Origin: a virus
DNA: 64,000 bases
IMG/VR virus record: IMGVR_UViG_3300021425_000014
Location: 1-64,000 of that record
Strand: one strand, 5' to 3'
Shown here in pieces: positions 60,564 to 64,000 of the stretch (within the stretch, counting starts at the first letter, position 1; each line of letters starts with the position of its first letter). The notes beneath the pieces are model-generated. The model was not told the origin of the DNA and made no database searches. It saw nothing but the letters and a program-made list of their open reading frames with translations. A program made the position numbers and the translations under genes.

Positions 60564-60701
60564 AGCCAAGCCCCCGCAAGGGGGCTTTTTTCTTGGCACA
60601 TGTTCAATACAATACAATTCAATGCGTTTAAGTTATTACATTGCATTGTATTGGCGATAAACCGTGCCCCCGGCGATCGCCCGTGGCGTCGTACACCACG
60701 A

Positions 60702-60808
60702 CATCGCGTTTAAGGGGCCTGTGAGGGCCGTAAAGGGGCCTCTCGGTGTCTGGCAGGGTGATTGTACCCTAGCAGGGTTCAAGGGCCTTTACGGGGCTCC
60801 TGTGGCCT
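60702..60808 (+). other. Phased element C, core AGGGTGATTGTACCCT (60755)
   Basis: As element A. Confidence 0.75.
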
Positions 60809-60842
60809 GATCTGATGGTTGATCTGGAGTGAAAGATTTTTG

Positions 60843-60871
60843 TTGACATCCTGTGACCGGCTTGCTATGAT
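60843..60871 (+). promoter_or_regulatory. Early promoter
   Basis: TTGACA-17-TATGAT. Confidence 0.85.
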
Positions 60872-60935
60872 GAAATAGTCAAGGCGACGGGGCCCGATGC
60901 CCCGGTTATGGCCCCCAGGGGGCCGGGAGGTAAAC

Positions 60936-61190
60936 ATGACCATGATCGTTAACAAAGAGTACACCGTAAAGCTGGCTATAAACGGTAGCCAAGATCCGGT
61001 GGATCCAGTGGGAACCTTGAGGTTCCACGGTTTCACCGTTATCGGTGAAAACGGCGAAGAATTCTTCGTCGACTTTCAGGACTTGGCCAACGGTCGCCAG
61101 GTCGATGAAAAGTTCGACGTGACGATCTTGTGGCGGCTCAGTGAGTTCTACAAGTCACAGTTTCTCAAGGTTATCGGCGAGAAACTGTAA
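60936..61190 (+). CDS. Hypothetical early protein (DLAN variant)
   Basis: Hairpin-GGGAGG; terminator 61196-61222. Confidence 0.7.
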   Translation: MTMIVNKEYTVKLAINGSQDPVDPVGTLRFHGFTVIGENGEEFFVDFQDLANGRQVDEKFDVTILWRLSEFYKSQFLKVIGEKL

Positions 61191-61494
61191 CCCAAGGGCC
61201 CCCCGCAAGGGGGGCTTTTTTTATTGCCCCCTATTATATGGCATTGTATTGTATTGCCCCCGGCATATAGCCCCTCCCCATCAATGCCCCTGTTAATCAG
61301 AAAAATAAATGTTTCACGCGCCGTATATTATAAAAATAATCGTTCGGTGGCCCCGAATGGCGGCCAATACAATTCAACACAATTCAATTCAATTCTAAAA
61401 CATTTTATTGCATTGTATTGAAAAAAGTTTCTGGGGGTGCGCAAAAAGCGGGAAGATTAATTCCCCACATTTTTCACTCAACCCTTAAAACTTA

Positions 61495-61610
61495 ACACCC
61501 TTTTCTTTGCGTACAGAATGGCGTTAAACACGTTTCAGATACCACGGCAGGGTGATTGTACCTTGAACGATTTTCAGGCACCTTTACGGGGCTTGCGTAG
61601 GCTGTTTTAA
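61495..61610 (+). other. Phased element D, core AGGGTGATTGTACCTT (61549)
   Basis: As element A. Confidence 0.7.
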
Positions 61611-61879
61611 ATTTAACTCACATCAGGCTTGTTCAACTTGACGTTGAATTGACACAGCCTGAAAAATCCCATACAATACAATTCAACACATGGGGCCATG
61701 ATCATGAGTTTTCCCCATGTATAGGATCCCCAACTTTCGACCAATAGCTTTAAAAACCCTTTCCCGCTTTCGATCGCCAGCCCCGGCGCACAGGGCGAAA
61801 AAAGTCGATTTTTGCTGTATTGTATTGTATTGTATTGTTAACCTAACCTTACCCTCATCTTAACCTGTTCTTAACCTTC

Positions 61880-62320
61880 GATGTCAACTAAGAGATCTTT
61901 AAGAGATCGTTAAATTTAGGTTAAATTTTGGTGTAAAATATTTTACCATATTTCGTCGAAAATGTCAATTAAAAGATCTTTAAAAGATCTTAAAATTTAG
62001 GTTAAATTTTGCTACCACGAAAATCCAGATCTGTCAACTAAATTTAGGTTAAAGATCTTTAAATTATGGTTAAATTTTACGATCACAGATCTCGTCGAAA
62101 GTCAATTAAATTTGAGTTAAAGATCTTTAAGTTTAGGTTAAGTTTTACGATCAGATTTTTCGTCGAAAGTCAATTAAAAATAAGTTAAAGATCTTAAAGG
62201 TTTGGTTAAATTTTACAGGCACATTTTTCACCGAAAGTCAATTAAATTCAGGTTAAAGATCTTTAAGATTTGATTAAACTTTTTTCGTCGAAAAAAATCA
62301 GATGAATCGGATTTTGTCAA
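61880..62320. repeat. Six ~69-bp AT-rich iterons (gtcaaYtaa...aagatcttt...ggttaaatttt...cgaaa)
   Basis: Units start near 61883, 61962, 62032, 62101, 62169, 62237. Confidence 0.85.
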
Positions 62321-63036
62321 TACTTTTTTACAATTTGTAATATTCCTGATCAGTAATATTTGTTGTCAGATCCGCAACGTGACAACAAAAAAAAATCATG
62401 GAAAATCTAATATGTCAATGGTTCAGATCAAGCTCAGATCATGTGAGTCTCATGCACTCAACATGTTGCCACGGCGGAAAAATCATGCGAATCGGATTTT
62501 GTCAAGCTTTACATTGCTTCACATTATCGTATGACATAAAAACGATCCCCGAAACCGGCTCCCAGTGCGGGCCCGTTTACAGGATGCCCGTAAAGGCCCT
62601 TGATCTACCCTTGCCCTTATGTCCGGACGTTGGACGCCTCAAGGGGCCCGGACGGGCATCCAGGGGCCCTAGGATGGCCTGTGAGGGGCCCGCCATCGGG
62701 CACGATTTGCCGATCACGTCGAACATACAATCGAACAGTCATGCGCGCGCCATGCGTGTCGCGCGGGTACGCTGTGCGCTTGACGCCGTGATCTGACGTC
62801 AAACCCTGATGTGGCGCGGGTTTCCGGGTTTCCAGATCTAGCACGGTCAAACTGGATTGAATTGTATTGAAAGACGGGAAACGTAGACGCCGTGCCGGTT
62901 TCCGGGTTTTCATGCTTGGATAGGCTCAAAATCGAGTCGATTTTGGGCTGTACATCAGGGGCCCGATGTGAGACTATATTCATGGCCAAGGGGCCACGGG
63001 GCAAAGCGGGGCCCGATACCCGCGGGGAGATACCAC

Positions 63037-63558
63037 ATGTCCGATATCACCACATTGCAAGCCGCCCTCGCACGTATCGCTGAGCTTGAGGCCGCTCAAT
63101 CGGCACAAGCAGCCCCCTCGATTGCGGTAGAAGTCACAATCGAGGATCTCGATGTGGAGGGGGTGCAAACGGATGTACGTGCTGCTAACTTTGAACCCGC
63201 CGTTCGCGGCTCGCGGCTCGCGAAAAATCCAAGCGTGACGGGCAAGGGTATGAAGTCTTGTCATCACGCCGTTGACCTTGAACATGCCGTAAAAACGTTA
63301 AATAAGCTGGTCGCAGAATTCGGGCCCGTGTTCAAGCGGCCTCAAGCCCGCCGCTGGTTTTTCAATGCAGCCCGTACGGGTTTCGGGGAATATCAGCGCT
63401 ACACGAACGAGGGTAGCGTAAACGGCCACTTCAGTGGCCTTAAGGCGCGCGTTGACGACGAAGCACCGGGTCTGCTCACCACGAGGAGCAAACCCGAAAC
63501 TTGGACGGTTGACCTATTCAAACTTGCACAGCTTAACAAACTCTTTAACATCTCTTAA
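63037..63558 (+). CDS. Hypothetical protein in a further cassette
   Basis: Hairpin-GGGGAG leader; hairpin terminator ~63568-63593. Confidence 0.7.
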   Translation: MSDITTLQAALARIAELEAAQSAQAAPSIAVEVTIEDLDVEGVQTDVRAANFEPAVRGSRLAKNPSVTGKGMKSCHHAVDLEHAVKTLNKLVAEFGPVFKRPQARRWFFNAARTGFGEYQRYTNEGSVNGHFSGLKARVDDEAPGLLTTRSKPETWTVDLFKLAQLNKLFNIS

Positions 63559-64000
63559 CCTTGGGTGGGGGGCCCGTCCAGCGGGCCCCCTTTAAGTTCT
63601 GGTTAAGGTTTTCCCCTGTGGAAGACCCCCTCCTTAACAAAAATTTAACCTTCCCTTAAGAAAGGGCGTTATAACAATCTAGTGCGTGACCTTGTTACCA
63701 TAGACAGGAATGGCATAAAACGCCACTACAACCTCACCCGGCGCTATGGCTTTACCATAGACAGGATTCATTAAAGCATACTTGTGTATAGGGGGATACT
63801 CATATTTAGTTCTGATTGTAGTTTATTATTTGATAAGGGTATTGATAATACTCTATTAGGGGTTAGTATTCTTTTATGGTTTTGTTGTCCCAATATTTTG
63901 GCTAGTTGATATATTGTTATTGGGGTTCCTGAGTTTACTGCGTTGTATATTCCTTTTTGTATGATGCCGCCTTTTATTAGCATATGTGAGAATACGAAGA

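Larger units (their letters stand above)
49520..61840. repeat. Dispersed (ATTGT)n / (ACAAT)n pentamer tracts in nearly every intergenic spacer of the early region
   Basis: e.g. 49524-49665, 50621-50866, 53460-53670, 54260-54450, 56110-56290, 58330-58475, 61815-61838; not seen before 49.5 kb. Confidence 0.95.

Noticed and set aside
53761-60936. Shared N-terminal peptide MALTRRE / MALSAGR on several early ORFs
   Set aside because: The ATG belongs to the leader hairpin upstream of the SD. It is in frame in four cassettes (27 nt) but out of frame in six (25, 26, 26, 28, 28, 31 nt), so conservation is at RNA level.
50536-61421. ORFs rich in LYCIVL or NTIQYN listed in the ORF track
   Set aside because: They are translations of the ATTGT/ACAAT tracts that cross terminators and promoters, without RBS.
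49520-61840. Pentamer tracts with GC-rich spacers as a CRISPR array
   Set aside because: No constant-length repeat, mixed orientations, irregular spacers and no cas operon. The Cas4-like gene at 27329 is a common stand-alone phage nuclease.
49520-61840. Classical integron cassette array
   Set aside because: No tyrosine recombinase in the window, no consistent attC RYYYAAC/GTTRRRY ends seen, and the cassettes carry their own promoters.
62398-63004. ORFs at 62398-62796 and 62617-63004
   Set aside because: No RBS or recognisable motifs, and they overlap repeat and phased non-coding elements.
1-64000. Complete DGR or retron in this window
   Set aside because: No reverse transcriptase ORF and no AAC-rich template repeat matching 4971-5099 were found by eye.
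1-64000. Stop-codon reassignment
   Set aside because: Core genes are full length in the standard code, and TAA, TAG and TGA all end conserved proteins.

Overview
This window looks like a 64-kb piece of a large tailed dsDNA phage genome; I found no integrase, rRNA or CRISPR array. (1) 1-11.3 kb (+): Gly-rich and lectin-domain tail-fibre genes, chaperones and lysis genes. One fibre carries an inserted DUF1566/C-type-lectin module whose codons look like a diversity-generating retroelement (DGR) variable repeat. (2) 11.3-22.1 kb (-): two glycosyltransferases, rmlB, a resolvase-like nuclease, portal, terminase, recA and thyX. (3) 22.1-49.3 kb (+): a GATC-rich strand-switch region, then rmlA, IMPDH, tRNAs, phoH, ruvC, class II RNR, dut, dnaB, dam, dnaG, SSB, dnaE, a tandem array of Ea22-like paralogues and clpP. 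(4) 49.4-64 kb: about 14 self-contained early-gene cassettes sharing one layout: inverted (ATTGT)n/(ACAAT)n tracts, helically phased GATCTG boxes, a sigma70 promoter, a co-varying hairpin fused to GGGAGG, a small ORF and a GC terminator. Between cassettes are ~110-bp phased elements with core AGGGTGATTGTACC (possibly strong-gyrase-site-like). A ~69-bp iteron block follows the main array. Region 4 is the best candidate for an undescribed system. All product calls come from motif recognition by eye; no searches were run.
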